Origin: Oscillospiraceae bacterium
GTDB taxonomy: Bacteria > Bacillota > Clostridia > UMGS1840
Assembly (NCBI GenBank): GCA_015068645.1
Contig: SVKD01000003.1
Location: 24,471 to 88,470 of the forward strand
Reading direction: 5' to 3'
Length of the DNA stretch: 64,000 bases
Positions 8,271-17,843 of this stretch are shown here, piece by piece. How positions within the stretch are numbered: the stretch's first letter is position 1; each line of letters starts with the position of its first letter. Below the pieces are notes generated by a model that searched no databases, was not told the DNA's origin, and saw only the letters and a program-made list of their open reading frames with translations. A program made the translations under genes and the position numbers.

Positions 8271-8864
8271 TTATGATTGTTTCCAGTGTTTATAGAAGAT
8301 AAGCGCCCCTCTTACCAGATACCAGGGCTTTGTTTCTATTTGCATCGCAAACTGCAACTGAAAAACCACATTATCGTAGTCCATATCCAATTTGTGATAA
8401 ACAGGTTTTTCAAATTCAAAAAATTGCTGTAAAAAGCCGGTTACCACACCGGTAAAAGCTTCTACCATTCCGTAGCTTACGCCGGTTACAGCGGCATCAC
8501 CTAAACCGAATTTCCCCATCACACCCAACTGTTTGATGGTGATTTTTTTGGAAAGATAAGCCAACGCTTTCCCAAGCCCTGCCCGGATACGGGTAAAGGT
8601 ATTTCGCATTTCCAAAAACTTTTTCAGTGCAGAATCTTTTTCATCTTTGGCTGTTCTTTTGGCTTTTGCCTGCCGGTCTTCGTCTTCGGAGTCCTCTTTT
8701 TGTCCTAAGGGAATCCGAAGGGAAATTCCAAGCACCTTAATTTTTAAAATCAATTCCTCATCGCTGACGGAAAACAACACCAGAAACGGACAAAACAGCA
8801 CCAGTGCCGTCAAAATCAAAATCACTCCGAGGATCATCAATAATACCATTCCAAATGTTCCCAT
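8271..8864 (-). CDS. DUF2953 / YtfI-like sporulation membrane protein
   Basis: N-terminal TM segment and position immediately upstream of ytfJ, as in other spore formers. The family call is by resemblance only. Confidence 0.55.
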   Translation of the reverse strand: MGTFGMVLLMILGVILILTALVLFCPFLVLFSVSDEELILKIKVLGISLRIPLGQKEDSEDEDRQAKAKRTAKDEKDSALKKFLEMRNTFTRIRAGLGKALAYLSKKITIKQLGVMGKFGLGDAAVTGVSYGMVEAFTGVVTGFLQQFFEFEKPVYHKLDMDYDNVVFQLQFAMQIETKPWYLVRGALIFYKHWKQS

Positions 8865-9472
8865 TATACCATCGCCTCCTCAGGTTTTTCTTCTTGATTT
8901 CCCTCCTCAGACACAATATCTGAAAAGGTCAGGTTATCGGTATGGTTGATATTTTGCAATAATTTTAATTCCAATTTTGGAAGCTCGTCCAGACTTTCCA
9001 TCCCGAACACCCGCAAAAATTCACTGGTGGTACCGTATAACATCGGTCGACCCGGAGCATCCATTCTGCCGCGTTGCTCAATGAGCTCTCTTTCCAACAG
9101 TCGAACAATGGAATTATAACTGTCTACCCCGCGCACCGCGTCAACCATAGCTTTGGTCACGGGCTGATTATAGGCAATAATGGAAAGCGTTTCCAAAGAA
9201 GACTGGCTCAGTCCCCTTTGTGCTCTGGTTTCCAGCATTTTCGCAATGTATGGATGATGTTCACTGCGAGACACCATCTGAATGGAGTTTTCCAGACGAA
9301 TCACTTTCATACCACGGGATTTTTTATTAAAATCCTTCATAAAATCAGTCGCCAGGTCTACTATTTCATCGTGAGTCATCTCCAGCGCATCTTCCAGTCT
9401 GGAAAATTCTGCAGGACTTCCCAAAGCAAACAAAATGCTTTCTAAAATCCCGAACAATTCTTCTTTTTTCAT
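8864..9472 (-). CDS. scpB: Segregation and condensation protein B
   Basis: ILESILFALGSPAEFSRLEDAL... and the winged-helix repeats typical of ScpB. Lies directly downstream of scpA. Confidence 0.9.
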   Translation of the reverse strand: MKKEELFGILESILFALGSPAEFSRLEDALEMTHDEIVDLATDFMKDFNKKSRGMKVIRLENSIQMVSRSEHHPYIAKMLETRAQRGLSQSSLETLSIIAYNQPVTKAMVDAVRGVDSYNSIVRLLERELIEQRGRMDAPGRPMLYGTTSEFLRVFGMESLDELPKLELKLLQNINHTDNLTFSDIVSEEGNQEEKPEEAMV

Positions 9473-9481
9473 AGTGTATTC

Positions 9482-10201
9482 CTATTCTTTGTAACTTAAA
9501 ATAAAATCATCCTTAAAAAATTCCAAAAGAATCCGATTTTCTTTGAGCAAATCAAGTAAGCCCATAAAAGTTGCCGCAACCTGTGCTCTGGTGGAACAAA
9601 TTTTTGTAAACGCTTCCACCAACTCAATTTTTTTTGCCTGCTTCACGGTTAAAAGAAGCTTGTCCGACATTAAGGTAACCGACACCACTTCCCGCTCAAT
9701 AATCCCTGAAAAAACACCTTTATCGGGAGGCAATTTGGTTTCAATCCGCATCACCATTTCTTCCAGAGCACCAATGAGTTTATCTTTGGGTAAATCCAGC
9801 TTGGTATAGCGGATTAGCCCCTTGATTTTCTCCGTTTGTTTGGTAAAGGTGTATGCCCCCAGCGGTTCTCTTTCTTTTAAGTAGCTGGAAAGCTCCTTAT
9901 ACTGCTGATAATCCAAAAGTTTCTGCATCAGCTCTTTTCTGGGGTCTTCCTCTTCCTCGGTATCCTCCTGAGGAGGTTTTGGCAAAAGCATTTTGGATTT
10001 GATATAAAGAAGCTCTGATGCCATCACGATAAATTCGGAGGCAATCTCCATATCCAGCTTCTCCATCTCCCGCAGATAAGCAATATACTGCTCGGTCAAA
10101 GTAAAAATGGGAATATCATAAATATCAATTTTATTGGTACGAATCAGATGCAAAAGAAGGTCCATCGGCCCTTCAAACTGCTCTAGTTTTAACTCTATCA
10201 T
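9482..10201 (-). CDS. scpA: Segregation and condensation protein A
   Basis: The FEGPMDLLLHLIRTNKIDIYDIPIFTLTEQY motif is characteristic of ScpA kleisins. Confidence 0.9.
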   Translation of the reverse strand: MIELKLEQFEGPMDLLLHLIRTNKIDIYDIPIFTLTEQYIAYLREMEKLDMEIASEFIVMASELLYIKSKMLLPKPPQEDTEEEEDPRKELMQKLLDYQQYKELSSYLKEREPLGAYTFTKQTEKIKGLIRYTKLDLPKDKLIGALEEMVMRIETKLPPDKGVFSGIIEREVVSVTLMSDKLLLTVKQAKKIELVEAFTKICSTRAQVAATFMGLLDLLKENRILLEFFKDDFILSYKE

Positions 10202-10212
10202 AAGACGGTATC

Positions 10213-10971
10213 CTACAATCCTAAAATCAGATTTGAAAGCGGCTCAATGATTGGTTGGCAAACCTTTTGAAAAGCATCAATCACATTATTTACGCCATTA
10301 CTTAACAGAATATCAAATGCACCGCTATATACCATTACTAAAAACACAATCATAACATAACGTTCATACTGCATCACTTTAAAATAGTATTTACTGGGCA
10401 AAAATGCAAACAGCACACGAGAACCGTCCAACGGCGGAACGGGAATTAAGTTGAACACCGCAAGCGTAATGCTGTAATATGCCAATCCGCCGAAAAATTC
10501 CATAACATATCGACTGCCGTTAACCGCAATCAGACTGTCATTGAACACGCCCCACTCCATACCAATGATGGAAATATAAAAGAGAAGCATAGAAAGAAAG
10601 GCAATCACCAGATTGGTTACCGGCCCCATCAGGGCAGTAATTGCCATTCCTTTTTTAGGATCACGGAAATTGCCGGGATTGATGGGAACAGGTTTTAACA
10701 ACAGAATAAACCCAACCCACATCAAAATATTGGAAAGCTGAGCAACCGTGGGAATCAGTTTCCCCACAAAAACTCCCAACAAAATCCAACCTGCATACAC
10801 AGGGTTAATATGCTTGAAGGGATTTAAGCTTAATCTCCCCAGATTTTTTGCCGTGCGGTCTCCCATCAGGTAAGCCGTGTAACCATGGGCGATTTCGTGA
10901 GGCAAAAGAGCAATTGTCAGTGTAAGCACCGTAATCAGAGCATTGATTACGGCATCTAACGTAATATTCAT
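10213..10971 (-). CDS. Site-2 protease (peptidase M50) family membrane protein
   Basis: HEIAHGYTAY (HExxH) lies in a TM helix, the protein is polytopic, and an LDG motif occurs near the C-terminus. Confidence 0.8.
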   Translation of the reverse strand: MNITLDAVINALITVLTLTIALLPHEIAHGYTAYLMGDRTAKNLGRLSLNPFKHINPVYAGWILLGVFVGKLIPTVAQLSNILMWVGFILLLKPVPINPGNFRDPKKGMAITALMGPVTNLVIAFLSMLLFYISIIGMEWGVFNDSLIAVNGSRYVMEFFGGLAYYSITLAVFNLIPVPPLDGSRVLFAFLPSKYYFKVMQYERYVMIVFLVMVYSGAFDILLSNGVNNVIDAFQKVCQPIIEPLSNLILGL

Positions 10972-11147
10972 AACTTAGTCAGAATCCTTTCGGGTTGATA
11001 GTTTTTACCTATTTTATATTGTAGCACACACTTGCTTGTTTTGCAACGGATTTTTCAAAAAAATATTCAAAAAAAGTAAGGTTTTAGAAAGTTTTTTCGG
11101 GGTTTCAAACTGCAATGTTTCATTTTCTCAAAAAATAACCAAAAAAA

Positions 11148-11867
11148 CTAATCATCAATTAAGTTTAGCAAGTCATCTTTTACATTTTCCCCATCGCTTT
11201 CCAGATTGGTATAGCTGTTGGGAACTGAACCCACCACCACGGTTTCACTTAAGGGAACCATGGTAACCACTTTAGTTGGGTAAGAACGTTGCCCCGGCAG
11301 CATAAATGCAATATCCAATGTCACCTTGATTGTCATACAATGACGGGTCTGATTCACTCCCGCATCGGAAAAATGACTGAAAATCTCAACAAACACTTCC
11401 CCATACGGATAGGCGTCCAACTGCAGATGAGGCCCTCGATTGGAAAAAAACTCAATCCCCGTTAAATTGCCGAAGGGAATGGAAATCACCGCATTTTTTG
11501 TTTCGTGAAGCCGAGCGGAAACCAACAGTGCAAGCTGAGAACGAAAACGATTCATCACAGCAGTATCAGGCAACACCAAGGTGGGATTCCCTTCTTCATT
11601 TTTTTCCACACGAAGGAAGTTACTCCCCAGGTATTCTTCTTGCTCCAGTAGTTCTGATACCGAACGGTGTACCGTTTCCTGACCAATCCGATTTGCCTTT
11701 GATTCGCACAAATCTTTTAACACAGGAGAGAATACATCGGTATACCAAGACCACACCCCGAATAAACAAATCGGAATCAGCAACACAAAAAAAATACCCA
11801 TACCGTGATGTTTTTGAAATCGGTATCCCATATGGCCAAACTTTCGTCTGAGTGCAACCTTCCCCAT
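11148..11867 (-). CDS. yunB: Sporulation protein YunB
   Basis: N-terminal TM segment, then IPFGNLTGIEFFSNRGPHLQL...VTLDIAFMLP...VPLSETVVVGSVP, which matches the YunB pattern I recall from Bacillus. Confidence 0.7.
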   Translation of the reverse strand: MGKVALRRKFGHMGYRFQKHHGMGIFFVLLIPICLFGVWSWYTDVFSPVLKDLCESKANRIGQETVHRSVSELLEQEEYLGSNFLRVEKNEEGNPTLVLPDTAVMNRFRSQLALLVSARLHETKNAVISIPFGNLTGIEFFSNRGPHLQLDAYPYGEVFVEIFSHFSDAGVNQTRHCMTIKVTLDIAFMLPGQRSYPTKVVTMVPLSETVVVGSVPNSYTNLESDGENVKDDLLNLIDD

Positions 11868-11934
11868 AGTGTCCCCTCCTTCCTTCCAATTTATGTAATA
11901 TTCCGAAAGATGATACTAAGGATCCTAAAAAAAC

Positions 11935-11972
11935 AAAAAAGCCTGTTTTCTAACAGGCTTTTTCGGACAATA
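11935..11972 (-). terminator. Rho-independent terminator after rpoD
   Basis: aaaaagcctgtt / aacaggcttttt stem, with a T-run on the minus strand. Confidence 0.8.
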
Positions 11973-11988
11973 TCTGTCTTATGAGTTT

Positions 11989-13077
11989 TTAATCAAGATA
12001 ATCTTTGAGTTTTTTACTTCTGGAAGGATGGCGTAATTTTCTTAACGCTTTCGCTTCAATCTGACGGATTCTTTCACGGGTTACGTTAAATTCTTTCCCA
12101 ACTTCTTCTAAGGTTCTCATTCTGCCGTCATCTAAACCGAAACGGAGCTTCAATACACGGGATTCTCTGGGGGTTAAGGTGTCAAGCACGGAAGTTAACT
12201 GTTCTCTCAGTAACATATAAGTTGCAGAATCTGCAGGTGCAGGTGCGGATTCATCCTGAATAAAGTCACCCAGATGGCTGTCTTCTTCTTCTCCGATGGG
12301 AGTTTCCAAAGATACGGGGTCCTGCGCAATTTTCTGAATTTCACGCACACGTTCCACGGTGGTACCCAGTGCTTTTGCCAGTTCATCATGGGTAGGTTCT
12401 CTGCCTAATTCCTGCAGTAACTGACGGGTCACTCTTAAGAGTTTGTTAATCGTTTCCACCATATGAACAGGGATACGGATGGTTCTTGCCTGGTCTGCAA
12501 TTGCTCTGGTGATAGACTGACGGATCCACCAGGTTGCATAAGTAGAGAATTTGTAACCTTTGCGGTAATCAAATTTTTCCACTGCTTTGATAAGCCCTAA
12601 GTTCCCTTCCTGAATCAAATCCAAAAACAGCATTCCTCGGCCTACATAACGCTTTGCAATACTTACTACCAGACGCAGGTTTGCTTCTGCCAGCTGACGT
12701 TCTGCTTCTTCATCGCCCTCCGACATCCGCTCTGCCAGTTTCAGCTCGTCTTCCGTGTGCAGCAGAGGCACTTTCCCGATTTCCTTCAAATACATTCTCA
12801 CAGGGTCATCAATGGAAATGCCTTCAGCGTTTAAGACAATGTTCATCTCGGTTTCATCAGGAAACTCCATATCCACCGCATCTTCAAAATCTTCGTCGCC
12901 CACAATTTCCACGCCCATTTTTTCCAGACGTTCGTAAATTTTTTCAATATCATTTACCGAAACGTCAATCTGGTCCAAACGGACATTTAATTCATTTAAA
13001 GTGATTTTTCCCTGTTTTTTCGCAAATTCAATCAACTCTTTGATGACTTGCTTTTTATTCTCTGTAATTTCAGACAT
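11989..13077 (-). CDS. rpoD: Primary RNA polymerase sigma factor (SigA/RpoD)
   Basis: Regions 1.2-4.2 are recognisable ([61 protein letters not shown]). Follows dnaG, as in the conserved operon. Confidence 0.95.
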   Translation of the reverse strand: MSEITENKKQVIKELIEFAKKQGKITLNELNVRLDQIDVSVNDIEKIYERLEKMGVEIVGDEDFEDAVDMEFPDETEMNIVLNAEGISIDDPVRMYLKEIGKVPLLHTEDELKLAERMSEGDEEAERQLAEANLRLVVSIAKRYVGRGMLFLDLIQEGNLGLIKAVEKFDYRKGYKFSTYATWWIRQSITRAIADQARTIRIPVHMVETINKLLRVTRQLLQELGREPTHDELAKALGTTVERVREIQKIAQDPVSLETPIGEEEDSHLGDFIQDESAPAPADSATYMLLREQLTSVLDTLTPRESRVLKLRFGLDDGRMRTLEEVGKEFNVTRERIRQIEAKALRKLRHPSRSKKLKDYLD

Positions 13078-13091
13078 TTTGTACCTCTTTC

Positions 13092-14900
13092 CTAAGAATC
13101 CTTCTTTTCATTCTTATCGTTTCTTTGCTTTAGTTTCTTGGTATATTCCAGTAGTCTTAACATATCGTCCCGATCGTCATCGGAGAAGGTCAACGTTTCT
13201 GCTTCGTTTTCAATTTTTTGGAGTAAAGAATCCAAGTAAATGTGAAAATCCAAAAACGGTTCTTTTTCCATAAAGATTTCACTGGCTTCTTTTGCATCTT
13301 CCCGTGAGAGTTGCTCCAAAATCATAGTGACATCCGGTTTATGGGAAGCATCCGCAAGTTCGCAAAAACACTGATAAATTTTTCGGTGTATTTCTTCTTT
13401 AAAATACTCTGCCTTGATTTTTTCCCGAATTTTCGGAAAATATGACGGATTTTCCACAATCAGCTTGATTAACGATTGAGAAACGCTCTTTTTCCGCAAA
13501 AAAGCAATTTCAGCTTCACTCACGGTGGATTCCAGCTTTCTATGCTTCCTGGCTTGCTTGACCTGAGCAATGATAGAGTCATAACTGATTTTTGTAATTT
13601 CCGCCACTTTTTTAGCATAGACTTCCAGCTCCAGCCGGCTGGAAATTTCTTTTAAAATACCGATTGCTTTTTTGGTAAACTCAAGCCGTTCTTCTTCGTC
13701 ACCAAAACCACCCTTGGGGTAAATGCGGGAAAGCTCATATTCCACTTCTCCCATAGAATTCCGTATCGCTTCGGCAAAAGCTTCGGGACCCTCTTTGCGA
13801 ATCAGATCGTCCGGGTCTTTTTCGCCGGGGATTTTTAAGATACGAACCCGAAGACCGTCTTTTTTGAATGTTTCTAAAGAACGCTGCAGCGCTTTCTGCC
13901 CCGCACCGTCACTGTCAAAGGAAACAATTACGCGGTCAGTAAATCGCTTGAGCAATCTGGAATGGTCAGACCCGAAGGCCGTTCCCAATGCCGCCACCGC
14001 ATTCCGAAAGCCTGCCTGATACATGGTAATCACATCCATATATCCTTCCGCTAAAATGATATAATCTTCCGATGCGTTTTTGGCATAATTTAAGTTAAAC
14101 AGATTCTGCCGCTTGGAAAAAATGGGATTTTCCACAGTGTTCAGATATTTTGGCTTACTCTCATCCAGCACTCTTCCGCCAAATGCAATCACGTTGCCTC
14201 TTAAATCCATAACCGGAAAGATTACCCGATTCCGAAAGAAGTCAAAGATTCTTCCGTTTTTCTCTAAGCACAGACCGCTTTTTACAATATCGTCATCCGA
14301 AAAGCCATGTTGTTTTAAAGTGCGATACATAAAATTCCATTCGTTCGGTGCAAAGCCTAAGCCAAATGTTTTAATCGTATCGTCCGAAAGCCCACGGGAA
14401 CGAAAATAAGTTAGCCCAACCCGTCCCGCTTCGCTGTTTAAGCAACGAAAAAACGCTCTTCCGGCAATTTTATTCATTTCGCGAATATTCCGTTTTAAAC
14501 GGCTGTAATCACTGAGTTCATCTTTTTCATCGGGAAGAGGAATTCCTGCACGCTGTGCCAGAAATTTTACCGCTTCCACAAAATCCAGATTTTCAATATG
14601 TTCAATGAAATGAATCACCGTTCCTCCTGCGCCGCATCCGAAACAATGATACAGCTGCATGGCAGGATTCACAAAAAAGGAGGGCGTTTTTTCCGAATGA
14701 AAAGGGCAAAGCCCCAGATATCGGCTGCCGCTGCGTCTTAGGTTCACGTAGGAAGAAATAACATCCACGATGTCATTTTTCTCCTTGACTTCATTCAAAA
14801 ACTCTTCTTCAAAGTACAAACGGCACCACTCTCCTTTCTTCCCCGATCGGCGAAGCTTTTTCAGCCTTTCAGGTTCCTTCAATAATAACATTCGACACAA
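13092..14900 (-). CDS. dnaG: DNA primase
   Basis: Zinc ribbon [11 protein letters not shown]...[14 protein letters not shown] motifs EGYMDV and DSDGAG. The true start may be the TTG at 14817-14819 ([21 protein letters not shown]) rather than the track ATG. Confidence 0.9.
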   Translation of the reverse strand: MCRMLLLKEPERLKKLRRSGKKGEWCRLYFEEEFLNEVKEKNDIVDVISSYVNLRRSGSRYLGLCPFHSEKTPSFFVNPAMQLYHCFGCGAGGTVIHFIEHIENLDFVEAVKFLAQRAGIPLPDEKDELSDYSRLKRNIREMNKIAGRAFFRCLNSEAGRVGLTYFRSRGLSDDTIKTFGLGFAPNEWNFMYRTLKQHGFSDDDIVKSGLCLEKNGRIFDFFRNRVIFPVMDLRGNVIAFGGRVLDESKPKYLNTVENPIFSKRQNLFNLNYAKNASEDYIILAEGYMDVITMYQAGFRNAVAALGTAFGSDHSRLLKRFTDRVIVSFDSDGAGQKALQRSLETFKKDGLRVRILKIPGEKDPDDLIRKEGPEAFAEAIRNSMGEVEYELSRIYPKGGFGDEEERLEFTKKAIGILKEISSRLELEVYAKKVAEITKISYDSIIAQVKQARKHRKLESTVSEAEIAFLRKKSVSQSLIKLIVENPSYFPKIREKIKAEYFKEEIHRKIYQCFCELADASHKPDVTMILEQLSREDAKEASEIFMEKEPFLDFHIYLDSLLQKIENEAETLTFSDDDRDDMLRLLEYTKKLKQRNDKNEKKDS

Positions 14901-15171
14901 AGTTAAAATTTCCTTTTTTTTAGAAGAATTTCTGAATTTTTTTGATTTTTTTAAAATTTTTTAAAGAAATCGGGAATTTATGGAACTTTTTTTACAAAAA
15001 AATGTCGAACTGTAACAAAGATGAAACAGAAAAATAATGGGTTTTCACTTGAATTCTCTGAAAGTCTGTGGTATACTGTGGAATGGAAACAGACGTAGTC
15101 TGTTCATTCATGTCCGAAATGCAATATTGATTACAACCGGAAGATAACGAAAAAATAAATGAGGTGATCGC

Positions 15172-17577
15172 TTGGCAAAAGCAAAAACAAACAAGAAGGC
15201 CAAAAAGAAAAAAGGCTTTTGGAGAACCTTCTGGAAAATCATCTGGAGTACCATTCTGATTACGGTTCCTCTGGTAATACTGCTTGTTCTCGGTATCCTG
15301 TGGTATATCTTTGCCACCACCGAGCCGATTGACGTGGAAAACCTGCGAATCGATTTGAACAGCTCCATCTACTATCTGGATGAAGATGGCGACAAACATC
15401 TGTTCGAAGAAATTGATGCAACCCAGAACCGTGATTGGGTGGATTACACCGAAGTCCCTCAGTATATGAAGGATGCTTTTGTTTCCATCGAAGATGAACG
15501 TTTCTTCTCCCACACCGGGTTTGACTTGAAGCGTACCACCAAAGCGATCATCGATTATGCAAGAAAAGGTTCCGGAGCTCAGGGTGGTAGTACCATTACT
15601 CAGCAGCTCGTCAAAAACGTCACCAATAATAAAGACCTTACCCCCCGCAGAAAAATTGAAGAAATCTGGTTGGCGTATCAGCTGGAGCAGGACTTGAGCA
15701 AAGAACAAATCCTGGAGCTTTATATGAACACCATCTATCTGGCACAGGGTGTAAACGGTGTGCAAACCGCTGCCGAGTTGTATTTTGATAAAGACGTGTC
15801 AGACCTTTCTTTGGCAGAATGTGCTTCCATTGCAGGGATTACTCAGTTCCCCTCCAGATATGACCCCTTTGTAAATCCTGATAAAAATAAAGAAAAACAG
15901 GAACTCGTGTTAAAGAAAATGCTGGAAACCGGCAAAATCACCCAGGCAGAATATGATGAAGCCGAAGCAGAAGAACTGGTATTTGCAGATCCCGAAGAAC
16001 AACATGAGAAAAACAATATTAAACAGACCTATATGGGTGAAGTAGTTATCAAAGATGCTATCCGCCTCTTAATGGAAGAACAAGGCATCACCGAAGCAGT
16101 CGCTAAAAAACGTGTATACTCCGGCGGTTATCAGATTATCTCCACCGTAGATCCCAACGTGCAGGATGCCATTGACGATACCTACAGCTCCTATAAGGCA
16201 TTCGGAGAATCTCAGAAAGAAGTAATGCCGCAAAGCGCCATCGTTGTAATGGATCCGCAGACCGGTTATGTAAAAGGTCTCACCGGCGGTATCGGCGAAC
16301 GCGAAGGCTCTTACACCCTAAACCGTGCCGTGGATACTTATCGTCAGCCCGGTTCTTGTATGAAACCTCTTGCCGTGTATGCACCGGCACTGGAAGCAGG
16401 ATTAATTACTCCCAACACCCAAATGGTGGATAAAAAATTATCCGGATATTCTCCGAAAAACTATTACAGCGGTTATTACGGCACTATGTCCGTGCAAAGA
16501 GCGGTGGAATTATCCGTTAACACCATTCCCGTGCAGATTATTGAAGACTTAGGTTACGAAGAATCCTACAATTTCCTACGTAACAAATTCCATATCGACA
16601 GTATTGTGGAAGCAGACAAAAACCCGGCTCTGGCGCTTGGTGGTATCACCGACGGTGTCAACGTTATGGATATGACCGCAGCCTATGCAGCATTTGCTAA
16701 TAACGGTATTTACACCGAGCCTACCACTGTTTTGGAAATTTTAGACCATCACGGCAGAACTGTGGTAAAAGCAAATCCCGAATCTACCGCCATTATGAAA
16801 GAAACCACTGCCCAATATATGCATCAGATGCTGATTTCCGTTGTGAACAATGGTACCGGTACTGCAGCGCGTATTTCCGGCGTAAAAGTAGGCGGTAAAA
16901 CCGGTTCTACCGACGGCGATAAAGACAGATGGTTTGTTGGCTACACTCCCAACTATGTGGCGGCAGTATGGTACGGTTATGATACACCTAAACCCACTTC
17001 CTACTCCTACAACCCCGCATTAAAAGGCTGGAAAGCGGTTATGGACGAAATTATGGAAGACGCTCCCAAGCGTGACTATGCAACCAAAACACCCACTTAT
17101 ATTCCCCCGTCCACTTCCTCTATTCGGGTATGTTCCGTTTCGAATAAATTACCCTGTCAGTACTGTATTGACCAAGGCACCACGGTAACCAGAAGCTTCC
17201 GTGACGGAGCAGCACCTACTACCACCTGTTCCAAAGCATTGCACGAAAAATTCAAAGAGGTGGAACCGAAGAACACTCCGAAACCCACCGAAGAAGATTT
17301 ACCGGAAACTACAGCAACACCCGCACCCTCCGTGGAATATGTTCCCGAACCTACAAAGTTGCCTTCTTTGGATAATAGCCATGACAATGACAACAGCGGT
17401 TTGAACTCTGGTTCAGTTTCTAATGAACCTCCCTCGATCCCCACTGTCACCAGCGAACCTGTAGTAACGCAGGCTCCTGCACCCAGTACTTCTTCTCCTG
17501 GTGCTTCTTCTCCCAGCACGTCCACTCCCAGCGCCCCTGCTCCGGAGGTGGGTGCCGAGGTAGCTCCCGCAGCATAA
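15172..17577 (+). CDS. Class A penicillin-binding protein (GT51 glycosyltransferase + transpeptidase) with Pro/Ser/Thr-rich C-terminal tail
   Basis: TTG start after GAGGTG. GT51 motifs are EDERFFSHTGFD, GGSTITQQL and RKIEE. Transpeptidase motifs are SCMK (SxxK), SVN (SxN) and KTGST (KTG). Confidence 0.9.
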   Translation: MAKAKTNKKAKKKKGFWRTFWKIIWSTILITVPLVILLVLGILWYIFATTEPIDVENLRIDLNSSIYYLDEDGDKHLFEEIDATQNRDWVDYTEVPQYMKDAFVSIEDERFFSHTGFDLKRTTKAIIDYARKGSGAQGGSTITQQLVKNVTNNKDLTPRRKIEEIWLAYQLEQDLSKEQILELYMNTIYLAQGVNGVQTAAELYFDKDVSDLSLAECASIAGITQFPSRYDPFVNPDKNKEKQELVLKKMLETGKITQAEYDEAEAEELVFADPEEQHEKNNIKQTYMGEVVIKDAIRLLMEEQGITEAVAKKRVYSGGYQIISTVDPNVQDAIDDTYSSYKAFGESQKEVMPQSAIVVMDPQTGYVKGLTGGIGEREGSYTLNRAVDTYRQPGSCMKPLAVYAPALEAGLITPNTQMVDKKLSGYSPKNYYSGYYGTMSVQRAVELSVNTIPVQIIEDLGYEESYNFLRNKFHIDSIVEADKNPALALGGITDGVNVMDMTAAYAAFANNGIYTEPTTVLEILDHHGRTVVKANPESTAIMKETTAQYMHQMLISVVNNGTGTAARISGVKVGGKTGSTDGDKDRWFVGYTPNYVAAVWYGYDTPKPTSYSYNPALKGWKAVMDEIMEDAPKRDYATKTPTYIPPSTSSIRVCSVSNKLPCQYCIDQGTTVTRSFRDGAAPTTTCSKALHEKFKEVEPKNTPKPTEEDLPETTATPAPSVEYVPEPTKLPSLDNSHDNDNSGLNSGSVSNEPPSIPTVTSEPVVTQAPAPSTSSPGASSPSTSTPSAPAPEVGAEVAPAA

Positions 17578-17588
17578 GAATCAACATC

Positions 17589-17628
17589 AAAAAAGAGCAA
17601 GTACCATCACGATACTTGCTCTTTTTTA
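17589..17628 (+). terminator. Rho-independent terminator after the class A PBP gene
   Basis: aaaaaagagcaagta / tacttgctctttttt. Confidence 0.8.
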
Positions 17629-17683
17629 ATACAAAACGATTGCCCACTATGGCAATTGATTTTCAGATACTTGATACGATAAC

Positions 17684-17756
17684 AAAATAAGAACCCGACC
17701 CGATGACGCAATCAAAGATTGCGGTCGGGTGCCCCGGAACCTTGTTGTATTCACAA
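17684..17756 (+). repeat. Family A 73-nt nested-hairpin repeat, copy 1
   Basis: aaaataagaacccgacccgatgacgcaatcaaagattgcggtcgggtgccccggaaccttgttgtattcacaa is identical to 23584-23656 and 26534-26606. Confidence 0.9.
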
Positions 17757-17843
17757 TAAGAACCGATAAACAAAAATTTTCCAAATAAGATGCCACTAAC
17801 TTTTCAAATCATTTTTCGGCATCAACAATCTTTGTGAGGTAGC

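Noticed and set aside
14992-15765. 257-aa minus-strand ORF between dnaG and the PBP gene
   Set aside because: It runs antisense to the well-supported class A PBP gene and across its promoter and RBS. It has no RBS and an odd composition, so it is most likely a shadow ORF.
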